This document shows, piece after piece, positions 39,405 to 52,601 of a DNA stretch of 64,000 nt. The DNA comes from Adineta vaga (taxonomy: Eukaryota > Animalia > Rotifera). Position 1 is the stretch's first letter. Each line of letters begins with the position of its first letter. The notes under the pieces are model-generated. The model saw only the letters and a list, made by a program, of their open reading frames with translations. It did not search any database and was not told where the DNA came from. The stretch is from NCBI GenBank assembly GCA_021613535.1, contig CP075496.1, positions 7,502,001-7,566,000 on the forward strand, given 5' to 3'. The position numbers and the translations under genes are program-made.

Positions 39405-42400
39405 ATGGTTGAATTAGGAACAAATCGATCAATCGATATTCTAAATACCATTAATACATCGATCACAAATTGGTCATCTGATGGGCGAACTCAATTGTAT
39501 AGAAAATCATTTTTCTTAGCTAATATTATTTATTTATTTACTTCTTTTTTTTTTTTGTTTAGCACTCAACTTTATAAACAATTACTTGATGATAATAAAA
39601 ATCCTTTCGAAGCTGAATTAAGTAATTAAACATAATTATTTTCTCGTTTTTTTTCTTCAATAAAATGTTTTGATTTTTAGCATTGAAACAATTGCTTGTT
39701 TCTTTGTGTAAATCATGTTTGCAAGGTAGTCAATCAGTAGAAACAATTATTCGAATATTTACGGAACTTCAAGTAAAGTTTTTTTTCTACCTGGAAAAAC
39801 ATATCTATATCACTTTTGTTCTCGACAGGAAATTGTCAGTACACCATCAATAATTGGTGATGTTCTTGCTGATATTTTGGCAACACTCGGTTTGTTATTT
39901 TTGTACTTACGAAATGAAGGGAATTTTCGTATTTGGTAAACTATTTAGATGTGGAACTATTTCCGAGTGATGATACAACAACAACAACAAAAGAAACATA
40001 TAAACAAAGACTTTTTCAATTGATTAATAATTCAGAGGTAAAGAATTGGTGAAGCATTTTAGGATGTGTTTAAACATTGTATTAATTATTTCGAATAAGA
40101 AGCGAGTAGACAAAGTGCATTTTTATTCATTCAGTATTCGCCCAAAATATTTCTCTATACTTTGATGTATTAGTTCTTTGGCCTGGCGCATTATACTACT
40201 GACGATCAGATGACTTTAGATACAGATAATTGATCCTGCCTGCGTCCCTTGGGAGTTTTCTAATCGCATCGACATTCTAGATCTATTTTTATAAAATAGA
40301 AAGATCGATTACTTTTCAACTATGTTTATGTCGTGTTTTCTCTTAGCATATTGTTTCAACGACATTATTGATGGAACGTCTGGAAATTGAAACATTAGAA
40401 TATCTTGATTTAATTGTTAGTCGTGAACAATTCAATCAAAAATATGTTCGAATAAAAACTCGTCTCTAGTAAGTAAACAATCTATTCACAGATGTCAAGA
40501 ATGACAATGTGTCTTTTGATCGTTTTAGTTATAAACAACAAAAATTTAATTTATTACGTGAAGAAAGTGAAGGTTTTGCTAAGGCAATCACTGAATTAAA
40601 TCAAAATTTTACCATAACAAAATTAACATCCGAACAATTATACGATCGTTTAATGGCCTTAATTGGATATTTTGATATTGATCCAAATCGTATGCTTGAT
40701 TTAGTAATTGAATCATTTGAAAATCATCTTGAATATTCGAAAATCTATGTTGATCTATTACATTTACTTCATTTTGATCCAATAACTTTATGTCAATTAA
40801 TTGGATTTAAATTTCAACAATATCAAGTAAGAACTAACTTTTTATCTTTGTTAATTTCAACACTATAACAATTCTTTTTAGTTACAAGATGAAACAGCTG
40901 GTTCACTCTATCTTGTAGCTGCTCAACTTGTTGCAAATAATTTGACTCAACTTGAAGATTTATTACCACATGTAAATATTTAACCTTGCCGTAGTGAAAA
41001 GATATGATTATAATATTGTCTTAATTTTAGTTATATCCGTTATTGACAGATTTTTCGGATAATTATACAAAAGAACTTGAGAATATTCGAACATCAAAAA
41101 AAGGTTTAACATCAACAAGCAATGATACAAATAATAAATCAAAAGATTCAAATACATTAGTAAATCTTTTTCATCAATATCAAAATTATGATAAATTTGA
41201 TTTCTTTGTTTCTTTTTTTCTAGAAAACAAATAATCAATTGATACATTTTCTTCAAGCATTATTATCCATCGGTGATTTAGATCATGCTTTATATCTATT
41301 TGATAATCTTCCACGATGGTCATGTACATCCTATCGTGAAATAAATGTACTTTTGACAAAGATTATCGCCTATGTAATTGATCCACTATATAAAAAGTAA
41401 CCACATTGATTGAACAGAAGAAATTCTTATTTTATCTTTTTTTCTCCTCATTTTCAAGTAATTCAGATCTTCATGCTTGTTTTCTTCAATATGAATTAAG
41501 CAATCCATTAAATCCATCAATATGTCCACGTAATTTGAAATTAATCACAACATGGAATGAATTTCATGAAAATATCTTTCCACTTTTATTACATCTTGGT
41601 GCTTATTGTCAAGATCGTTTGTTATTCATGAAATTAACACGTTTATGTACAAATTTAATTAAAAAATCTCTTCATACAAACGATCAACAACAAGAAGATA
41701 TTCTTCTCCTAATTGATGAAGTTCTCTTTCCAAGTCTTTCATTACTCGATGTTAACAGTTGTCTAGCTATTGAATTATGGGCATTAATTAAACAATTTTC
41801 ATATGATATTCGTTATGGACTTTATGGACAATGGCATGAAGAAACGTATCGAAAAACATCACAATTGATTTTTATGAAACAAGATGTTGCTGACAAAAGT
41901 CGAGCTATTCTCAGGTAATACAATTCAATGATATTTCTATTAAGCAAAAAGACTAAAAAATCGATATACTTCCTCTAGACGTATTACAAAAGATAATGTT
42001 AAAACTTACAGTCGTCAAATTGCTAAAATGACACATAATAATCCAATTATAATTCTTACAGTTGTAAGTAATCATTTTTTCTATTAAATAAATTTCAATA
42101 AATTTCGATCTTAGATAATCGATCAAATTCAACGATTTGATAATTTCATAGCTGTTATTAATGATGGTTTGAAATATCTTTCACCATTAGCATATGATAT
42201 TGTTTGTTATACAATTTTACGTGCATTAACAACACCAGTATCATTATCAGCAGCAGCATCGTGTATTGACGGTAAAATGAGTCGTGAAAATGCCACACCA
42301 GCTCAATGGTTTCAAAATTTATGTGTACTCTCGGCGAATGTCTTTAAAAAATATGCAATTGATTTTACTTCAATACTTTATTATATATATGATCAATTAC

Positions 42401-45400
42401 GAGTGGAGAAAACATGCGATTTATATTTATTACGTGAAATTATAACGAAAATGAGTGGAGTTGAAGTTTCTTCAACAGTTACACGCGAACAATTAGAAGC
42501 AGCATCCGGTGGTGAATTATTACGAAATGAAGCTGGACAATTTACTGCAGCAAGAAATGTTAAAAAACCTTCAATACGTTTGAAAGAAGCTCTCTTAGAT
42601 AACCATTTATATTTACCATTATCCATTATCATTGCTCAACAACGTAGTTGTATTATATTTAAATTCGGTGCACAAAGAATTGAACATTTAAAATTAATTG
42701 GTAGTCTTTATGATCAAGTTCGTTCTCGAGATGAAGTTTCATTTCTTTTTTTTAATAATAATCATCTTCGAATTGATTTCTAGTGTCAAGATACAATGGT
42801 ACAATTTTTCACATTTTTATCGAATGTTTTAACAACGGAAAACTTTCATCATCAATTTCCATCAATTGATAATCTTGTTCTCGGATTTCATTTACAAGTT
42901 GATGCTGCTTTTCATATTTCAAGACCACTATTTAATGTTAATATTCAAGTAAATGATACTTTTAGGAATTAAATATAAAACATATAGGAGATTCTTTTTA
43001 GGCTAAATTTGATGAACTTCGAGCAGTAGCACCCAAATCTTCAAATAAAAGTACAATGGTAAGATTTCTTCTTTAGATACGATTGAGTCATTCAAAACAT
43101 CAATCTTTGTTGATTGCATAGTTATGAAATATAAGATCGTTCATTTGATTCTATTTAGATACAAAATTATATTGATGCAGTTACAGATGTGATGTCACCA
43201 GTGCTTGATTTCGTTAAAACTCTTCATCCACAACGAACTTGGGATGAAATGACGTATGTGAAATCGATGATCTGATTCTCATATTTGTTTTCTTTGTGAA
43301 ATTTAGACCACAGTTTTATTTGACATTTTGGTCTTTATCAATGTCAGATTTACAAGTTCCAGAAGGCGCATATAAACGACGTATTCAAATACTTGAACTT
43401 GAAATGTCAAAAATCGATGAAAAAGAATTGGTTTGTTATCAAATCAAAGAAATGGGAGGTGTTTTTTTTTATCAATGTGTTGTCTTCTTTGTTTTAGACG
43501 ACAGGAAAGAAACGGAAAGAAAAAGAAAAAGTTCATATTATTATCGATAAACTTATCGAAGAATTAGCCAAACAAAAAGAACATGTAGAACGAGTACGTG
43601 CACGACTCGATCGTGAACGTGAAAATTGGTTTAAAAGTCGTACGTGTTCATTCTCTTTAATGACTTCATTTTCTAGTCATTCATATAAATTTTCTAGGTA
43701 ATAAAACAAAAGCAGAAACGATCACTGAATTCTTACAATTATGTATTTTTCCTCGATGTTTATTGAGCGAAATTGATGCACTCTATTGTGCTCATTTCAT
43801 ACGTGTTATTCATGATCTAGCTACACCTAATTTCAGTACAATTATTTGTTACGATCGATTATTTTCGGACATCTCCTATTCATTAGCTTCATGTTCAGAG
43901 AATGAAGCTATTCGTTATGGACGATTTCTTCAATCATTATTAGAAACAGTTATGAGTTGGCATGGCAATCGAAGTAAATTTGACCAGGTAATTGAATACT
44001 ATTCAGATTGAATTTCAATGTTGATTCATATTGTTCTATAAATATGTAGGAATGTGCAAATCATCCAGGTTTTCTGACTGTTTTTCGTAACACTGGTAAT
44101 GCTGCATCAAAAACAAATGGTGCTACACAAGCACCTGAGCAACTTGATTATGATAACTTTCGTCATGTTTGTCATAAATGGCATTATAAATTAGCCAAAA
44201 GTTTTATTGTTTGTCTTGATTCTAATGATTATATTCAAATACGTAATGTATTACAAGTTCTCACTGTTCTTTTGCCTATCTATCCCAAAATAACAACATA
44301 TTATGCGGCACTTGAACGACGCATCAAAGCTATATGTGTAGCAGAAAAAGATCGTCGTCATGATTTGTTTGCATTAGCGAAATGTTATAGTGGTCGTTTA
44401 GCACATAAACACAGCGATATGATTGGTGAAGGTCAATTTCATACAGTTTCAGAACGATCAACAACATCATCGACAAGTATTAGTAGTAATAATAATAATA
44501 ATAATAATAGTAGTGCTGGTACGAAAGTGAATCCTATTGTTACACCGTCTGACGGTGATACAAATACTGTTAATCATCATCCTATTTTATCAGATACTCA
44601 ATCATCACAACCATCAACAACTCGTCCAACAAAAAAAGAATCAACAAATAGTAGTAATAGTAGTACAACAAGTAAATATTCAAATTTTGTTAGAAAAACA
44701 CGTCTAAGTTGTTGTCTTTTTTCCTTTATTTAGCACGAGCGACAAGTGATAGATCGGGAAATTCTACTGAACCAGGTAACGCACCAACAACAACACGAAA
44801 GTCATCTTCACCTGCACCATTATCTCAATCAACAGTGGCATCTTCGACAACAACTCGATCAGCACCCATAAATAGTACTGGTATGATACAATATTGCCAT
44901 CGGTGTCCATCCAATATGGTTCTTATTCTCTATATCTACGTGTAGAACCATCAAGTAATAGAAATAAATCTGAACCTGTGACCAACAGCAGTAGTAGTAA
45001 TACGAATGCGACATCGAGTACAACAACGAAAACGACTCGAACAGCACATGGTCCAACACAACCGTCGAAATCTCAAGTAACATCGACGACCCAAATCAAA
45101 AATGAATCGAATGAATCATCGACTGGTGGAGGACGCACAATTAAATTGTCGAGTAATGGAAATGATCGTCATGAATCACCTCCTACATCGACAACACGTA
45201 TAAGTCCACCGACCAGTAGAAAAGAACCCTCATCGTCGAGTGATAAGTAAATATATATTGAAAATAATAAATAATCTCTTCTAATGTTCTGTATTTTTTT
45301 TATAGACGAACTACTTCATCATCTGTGATTGACCAACAGCTGTCGTCAACTAAAACATCCGCATCACCTAGTTCACGTACTACTACATCGCGTACTTTTA

Positions 45401-46378
45401 CAACATCATCACGTAATACTCCTTCGTCGGCCGGTAACAATGATGATTCGATTATAAAGTAACATAATATTCTTTTTTGTTTTCTTTCTAATATTTTTAT
45501 CAATTTTTTTTTCAAGATCGGATACAACGGCAATCAATGGAGCGAATAGTTCATCATCAAAAAGTACTCGTGCAGAATCAGTTCATGAAAATGGTTGACT
45601 CGATTGTTTTTGCGTTTTCTTTTATTTATTCGAATGATTATATTTTCTCTTTTAGCACCAGCAGGAAAACGATCGCGTGGAACGTCTTCAAAGGTAACAA
45701 TTTGAAAACGATAACTAATCACTATGCTTTATACATCAAATTTCTTTATAAAATCTTCCGATTACGAAGAAAATAACTAAAAACAATTATTCGAGAATAT
45801 CATTTCGCTACATTGCAATTATGTTGAAACAAGCGCATATTCATTATTGTCTCTTCTAGGGCGAACATAGCACAACATCACATACAGATGGATCACGCAA
45901 TGGTAGTTCACGTAGTACACATCGTGAACATAAACATGTATATAATTTCATTTGAATTCTTTTCTCAAACTTGATCTTTCACATTCAATCATCTTTAGGA
46001 ATCAAGTAAACGTGCACGTTCATCAACGCCTGAAAAGCAATCATCAAATGGTGGTGGTAGCAGTGGTACTTCAAGTCGTCGATTAAATCAAACAGCTGAA
46101 TCGTCTTTATCGACAACACCTGTTCACCAAGATATCGAGTATAATAGTGCATCAGGCATAACGGATGTATCACCATCAAGTTTATCATCCAAACGAATTA
46201 AAACAACTGATACAGTTACCAATGGACGATCAGCACGAAAAGTAAAACAAAACAACTTGATAAATGATTGATAATGATTTATTGTATTCAGGAAGCACGT
46301 GAAGATCGACATGCAAGCTCATCATCTTCACATCGCGTTTCATCGTCTTCATCTCGTAGTGAACGTCGAGAGAAATAG
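39405..46378 (+). CDS. THOC2: THO complex subunit 2
   Basis: KTRL|[55 protein letters not shown] and FRHVCHKWH across >20 exons, plus an S/R-rich tail. A last mini-exon ending ~46467 is an alternative 3' end. Confidence 0.95.
40165..40277 (+). ncRNA. Candidate intronic H/ACA snoRNA
   Basis: GC-richer island in an unusually long (309 nt) THOC2 intron, 40038-40346. Hairpin, H box AGATAA (40224-40229), hairpin with TCCC-TT-GGGA apex, then ACA at 40272-40274, ~70 nt upstream of the 3' splice site. Confidence 0.45.
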
Positions 46379-47081
46379 TAAATAAAACAAACATTGCTTT
46401 TTCAATGATAAAATTTTCATGTTTGATTTCTTACAATTTTAGTCCTTCAAGCAAAGAAACAAAATGATGAACAATAATCTTGTCTTTTCTTTTCTCTTCA
46501 ATCTACCTTTTGCTTCTTGTCTGAAAAAAAAACATTTCAAAAAAACAAAATTTTCTGTGTATTTGTCTGTGTGATGAACAATTGATATGAATACCTGGCA
46601 ACTAAAACCAAGAAACATTCTTTTGCTGATTTTCTTTTTTTTTGTTCTCTCGATTTTGTATATTCTATATAACTTTGTGTACGTGTGTATGTCTATCGGT
46701 ATTGAAGGCAGTTATTATTTTTCTTCTTTTGATTGAAATCAGCTTGCTTTGTGATCTTGTTATTATACGAATCGACTGCCTCAGAAAAAAATAAATCAGA
46801 AATGTCCTTCTTGATGAGCATAAGTAAAGAAACACAAGTAACGATCTGTTCTGAATTATATTTGGTAAATAGTTCATCAAACAAATATGGATATCTAATT
46901 ATTTATGTAGTTAACAGAATGATTATCATGTAAAACTAATAGAAACAACTGGAATACAATAGTCCTAAAGAAAGAAGAAAATGAGATCTAACATATATGT
47001 ATCTGACAACAGAGAACGTAGAAAAATGAACAGAACTACAATAGTTGGCATCTATAAGAATAATCTAAATAAGTCATTTGA

Positions 47082-47561
47082 TTAAACTTCAACAGTGACA
47101 TCCGGTTCTTTTGTTTCAATTGTAGGAATATCAGTCGATTCACTGATTTTGATTCTTTTCGTTTGATCATCATGATTCAAAATGTTATCTTGAATTTGTT
47201 CATCTTCATGATCTAAATCACGTTTTCTACTGATTGGAACTTCTGAACTGTTGGCCAGAGTTTCATTTTCTTCTTGTTTTTCACTTTCATTCAATTCTTG
47301 AAATGGCACATTAGCACGATCTGGTACAATAGTTGTTGAAATATTTGTATCAATTTCATTGCCATTCTCTTGTTCTTCAATCTGTTTTGGTGTTGTAGAT
47401 GGTACTACTTCATCATCATCTTTGTTATTATCTACTGTCGATATAGGATCTTGCGTATCTTCTTTTTTCTTTAATACATCAACCGTTTCTTGATCAATAA
47501 TCTTTTCAGATTCTTCAGGTACACATTCTTCATTTTCATTTGAAACATTGACGTTTTCCAT
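47082..47561 (-). CDS. Acidic intrinsically disordered protein with bipartite NLS (paralog A, 159 aa)
   Basis: ATG directly after TTTAG|AAAC; E/D/N/T-rich, almost no aromatics; RKRDLDHED...TKRIKI. Confidence 0.75.
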   Translation of the reverse strand: MENVNVSNENEECVPEESEKIIDQETVDVLKKKEDTQDPISTVDNNKDDDEVVPSTTPKQIEEQENGNEIDTNISTTIVPDRANVPFQELNESEKQEENETLANSSEVPISRKRDLDHEDEQIQDNILNHDDQTKRIKISESTDIPTIETKEPDVTVEV

Positions 47562-48254
47562 GTTTCTAAATAATAATAATTTTTTACAAATATAACATAA
47601 AACTACGATGAACTTTTTCTTTTCACCTACTTGACGAATAGACAAATATTCTGCTTTATTGTTATGTTCCAAATGACCGATCGAATGATTGATTGTATGT
47701 ATGAAGAGAAAGAGACAAAATATATTCACGTATGTCTGTAACGCATGGACAGACAGACAGATAGACAAGGCACTATAGTGTGAACTTACGAAAAATATGT
47801 TCAACAATGTTACCTGGAGAATATTCAACATAGCATGATAGTAGAACATTATTAAATCATTTAATATTCTGCTAATCTATATTTCATTCTATTTGAAAAT
47901 TTTTGTTCATCAAGCGAAAGATGGCGATAAAACACAATAATAGAATTTCAATTCAAAATATTCAACAAAGTCATCATTAGATGTCACTCAACTATGCTCG
48001 ATAAACTTTTCCTCATGTAATTAATAGTTTAGTCATCAATATAATTAAGTATTTTTGATATCTGTAGAAATTTTATATAGAAGAAAAAAAACTAATAGAA
48101 AAAACATTATTAACTGGTATGACCTCTGAGCCAATAAAAAAACTTGGAATGTCATATATAAATAGGGCTCTGCATATTTTCTTTCTTCCTTGTCACGTAG
48201 AATATTCATATATAGATCTGTCAGAACAAGAGAAAAACAGAAGAAGGCAAAGTC

Positions 48255-48698
48255 ATGTCAACTGATGAACAAATACCCGCTATTGCTGAAGTTGAAAATG
48301 CCAAGAAATCTGATGGTTCAAGTACAGCTAATGAACATCATATAGACAAAATCAATGATGATGAACAAGTACCACAGGTGGATGAAAAATCAACAACAGA
48401 AAAGGAAGAAGAAGAAGACGACGATGACACGAAACCGGAAACAACAGCTAGTGAAATAGAGGACAACAATATTAATGAACAAATAAATAATAATAAACGC
48501 GATATTGAACATGTTGACAAAGATGATGAAAAACAAAATGGTCAAACAGAAGATGATGAAGAGGCTGTGGTTTCTACCACAACATCAAATAAAAAAATTA
48601 AAATTATTGATCCGTTAACAACAGAAAATGATGGTGATACGGATGAATCATCATCAACAAGTGCCAAAGTACCAAATGAAGAGCTTACTGTTGTTTAG
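48255..48698 (+). CDS. Acidic intrinsically disordered protein with bipartite NLS (paralog B, 147 aa)
   Basis: Intronless; TATATAAATAG ~95 nt upstream of ATG; NKRDIEHVD...NKKIKI; no aromatic residues. Confidence 0.8.
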   Translation: MSTDEQIPAIAEVENAKKSDGSSTANEHHIDKINDDEQVPQVDEKSTTEKEEEEDDDDTKPETTASEIEDNNINEQINNNKRDIEHVDKDDEKQNGQTEDDEEAVVSTTTSNKKIKIIDPLTTENDGDTDESSSTSAKVPNEELTVV

Positions 48699-48942
48699 TT
48701 TAATATGATGTTTGGAATTTTCATAGCAATATGAACTAGTCCATTTCATTGTTTGTTCTGTTTTGTTTTGTTTGTTTATATGTAATACATATTTCAGCCT
48801 TCAACACGCATTCAGATGTAACTAACGAAGAAGAAAAACACTGGTCAATTGCTTTGATGTTGTAAACATTAATTATGAAAACTTTTGTCAATATAATAAA
48901 TATTGTTTCTGTTCTAGATTATTTTATTTTTATCTATTAATC

Positions 48943-50156
48943 ATGGCATCTGCATCTACAAATCTTTTTGAAATACAGTGAGTTAAAAAAAGTCGAAGAA
49001 TACAATAAGATGAATGTAAATTAATGACATTCAATTCTAGAGATGAAGAAGCGAATTCAGCATTTCTACTTGGTAAACGTGATGTTGTTTTGAATAATTA
49101 TCAATCTGCATGTGATCATTTATCAAAAACATGTGAACGAATGTAATTAATTAATATGTGTTAATCTCCTTTACGGAGACAAAATAAAGATTCTAATCAT
49201 CTTTTAGTGTTCAACTACGTGGTAATGATACAGTACCTGAACTTGCTGAGCCATATTTTTATTATGGTCAAGCTTTACTCTATCTTGGTCTTAATGAACA
49301 ACAAGTATTTGGAAGTGATATTGTAAAAGGTTCGTATAGAAAAGAAAGTTTCTTCTATTTAAATCATAAGATGATAGTATTTATTTCTCCTAGATGAAGA
49401 TAATGATGAAAATGAAGAAGATGAAGATGAAGACGAAGAAGAAAAAACTGCTGAAGCAGTAGAAAGAAAAGAAGAAGATAAAGGTGAAAAGTAGATGATG
49501 CAATTCCTGATGATGAACAAGTGAATGATCTTGAACGTGCTTTTGAAATACTTGAATGTGCACATATGATTTATACGAAAATGTTAGAAACTGAACCAAA
49601 TAATGCTCATATCATTACACGTATAGGAGATATACACGTTATGCTTGCTGATATTTGTAACGAAAATGGCGATCATGAAAATGCACTTTCAAATGTTCTC
49701 AAAGCGATTGACTTACAAGAGACAATCAATGAACAACAACGTTATCGTTTACTGGCTGAAAGTTATTATAAATTAGGTTTAATCTATGAATTAATTAATA
49801 AATTTTCTGAAGCTATTGATGCTTTTGATAAAGCAATTCATGCAATTCATCAAGCTATTGAGCAAGCCAATGGTACAGATAAAGAAAATGAACGTGAAGA
49901 ATTAAAATCTCTTATACCAGCAATTGAACTTAAACGTAATGATGCTCAAGCATCGATTGCTGATAAACATTTGATTGCTCAGGCAAGAAATATTATTTCT
50001 GGAAACAATAATAGTAGTAGTAGTCATACAACAGATAATAGTACGAAAGATGCACCGGTAAAAGATTTAACATTAACAATACGACATAAAAGACCAGCAA
50101 CTGAATCAGACAAAATTGATGAAGAAAATAAAAAAACAAAGAAAGACGAAAATTAG
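48943..50156 (+). CDS. NASP: NASP/Hif1/Sim3-family SHNi-TPR histone chaperone (apparent 1-nt frameshift near 49455-49491)
   Basis: LGKRDVVLNNYQSACDHLSKTC, ELAEPYFYYGQALL, acidic insert, DLERAFEILECA, LAESYYKLGL and C-terminal NLS KRP..KKTKK. Confidence 0.85.
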
Positions 50157-50384
50157 ATTTTTTTTTCCAATTTTCTTTATGTACTGTTTATATTGTAAAG
50201 ATTATTATTCGAGAAACAAAGTTTCTTTTTTCTGTTCTAATAAAAATACATTCATTTGTATCTTGTGTTTATTGAAGAATAAAAACATCGAATTTATTCG
50301 AAGAGATTTTAGGAAGATTTCTTTTCACTAATGATAATTGAGCAAAAACATCAGAATAAATATTCTTTCAGATTTGTAATATCC

Positions 50385-52601
50385 ATGGCGAAAAATACGA
50401 TAAATATTCTATGTCCAAGTGGACATCGACGAAAAGCACAGATGACTCCGAATAGCAATTTACTTCAAGTGAGATTCGAAAAAGATTTACATGAAATCAT
50501 TACTGAAATTGTTATTTCAGGTGCTTGAAGATATGTGTACTGAGGAGAATTTAGATTCTTCCGAATGGGCACTAACGTATGAGTTGTCAATGATTGAAAA
50601 TAAATAACAACGAATAATATTTGTAGATATCAACGTCAAAGATGTGATTTAACTATTCCATGGCGTTTACAGAATATTCCAAGCAATGCGACTTTAGAAA
50701 TGACTAAACTTGAAGATCGTCGCTTGACAGATGATATCAATGTTCAATTGCAACTACCTGATAATTCAAGATATTCTGGTTGGTTTGAACCTACTGTTAC
50801 TCTTCAAGAAATGCTTGATTGGTATCGTATTCAACCTGAAAGGTGAGTAGTGATCAAAGATGATTTTTCATCTATAATCCAATTTATAATCAAGTATGGT
50901 AGCTGCTATTGATATCTCTATGAGTGATCAACATAATTCATGTCCAGTTTGTACATATATGAGCGAAGAGGTATCTAATAGTGACTCTTTTTACGAACAT
51001 TCTCTTTGTTCTTAATATTTATATAGGTTATTGGAGAATATGCTTTATCAAGTACTACGTTACGTGATCTGGGATTGACTGGTGGAAAAGCTGTCATTCG
51101 GTAACTGATCGATATACGCAAGACATGTTTTGCTAATTGTATCTATTTCATTTTCTTACTACAGATATAATCTACGACCAGTAAGTGACAATGAATTGCA
51201 GAAAATCAATCGTCATATTGATGATAAAATTGTTCGTCGACGTCAACAACAATATGAACAAGAACAAAAAGCCAAACAAACACAAAAGCCACAAGAAACA
51301 ACTAAACCTACTGCTATTCGTTCGTCTCCTTCAACAACAGCAACAACAAAAACATCAGCAGCAGCAGTAGCAGCATCATCGTCATCAAAAACGTCCAATG
51401 TTACATCATCAGATAATCAAGAATATTCTATATTTCGTGATCCACCTGCTCGCACTTCACAATCAACCACTACAGCACAAGTACTTTTCTAATTTAATTA
51501 CAACAATTGTTACTTTTTTCTTTCTGTTATTAGTCAAATCAACGACAATCAAGAACATTAGCTGAAGAACTTGGCATTGACATATCACTCGATCCTGATT
51601 CTAATACTAACCGACAAAAATCCCAAACTGATCTTCGAGATTTTAAAGTAAACTATCAAACAGATTAAAAAAAATAATTTGATCTGTTTCGTTTTAGTTT
51701 CCTGTTGCAACAAAAGGAAAAAATTTAAATCAAAATGATGCTGACGATGAATATCGACATACACAAAATATTAAAGTAAATTCATTTTCATGTATTTCAA
51801 AAAATTAATGATGAAGTTTTATAGCCATGTGATCGACATCCAATAGCATATGACGTAACAAAAACTCGATCGACACATGAGAAAAAAGATTCTAAATCTA
51901 GCGAAGTGTCGGAGAACTTCTATGAATTAACTGCCCAAGATCTTCGAACAGTACTTCAAGGTTTACAGCAACAAGGGTAGATTATATATTTTCAAATTTA
52001 AAACTGAATCTTTTCTATTTTAATTAGTAATGATGATGCTCCATTGGAAACTCGCGCTATGCGTGATCGAGCACAATCAGCACGTCATGTCGTTTATGAA
52101 AAAATTGCTATTCGACTTGTTGTTAATACACGTTGTATTCTTCAAGGATTATTTCGTCCTGAAGAATCCATTTCTCGTCTAATTGATTTTGCTCGAATGT
52201 ATCTTATCTGTCCTCAGATTGGTCAACCAGATTTTTATTTCTATACAACACCGCCTCGTGTTGTATTATCCGATTTACGGAAACCATTTTCTGCTTATGA
52301 TTTAGCTCCTGCTGCTTTTGTTCACCTTGGTCATCGAACAATTTCACCACTTCAAATTCAATTAGCATCAAATATTTCCATACGATCAATTGATGAAGCA
52401 AATCAATTAGCTGCTCAATATGTTTTCAGTCGTACAAGACCAATGACTGAACGTGAACATAGTACTTTATATACCGAAAGGCCTAGTACGGCAACAACAA
52501 CTAATACAAACCGTCCAACACCAAGAAATCCAAATGCTAGTTCTATTGATGATAAACAACTACGTGAAAAATTACGTAAATTTATACCAGGAAAAAAGTA
52601 A
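50385..52601 (+). CDS. ASPSCR1: Tether containing UBX domain for GLUT4 (TUG/UBXN9)
   Basis: N-terminal TUG-UBL1 (ILCPSGHRRKAQMTPNSNLLQVLEDMC; DLTIPWRLQNIPSNATLEM), TTLRDLGLTGG, NFYELTAQDL, LETRAMR, UBX (ILQGLFRPEE, FYTTPP, LAPAA). Confidence 0.88.

Noticed and set aside
47562-47849. Hydrophobic N-terminal 96 aa of ORF 47082-47849
   Set aside because: AT-rich UTR/intron read-through; a TTTAG acceptor immediately precedes the ATG at 47561.
13118-50156. Apparent enrichment of histone-related genes (NAA40, CHZ-like, NASP)
   Set aside because: Spread over 37 kb among unrelated housekeeping genes; compatible with chance.
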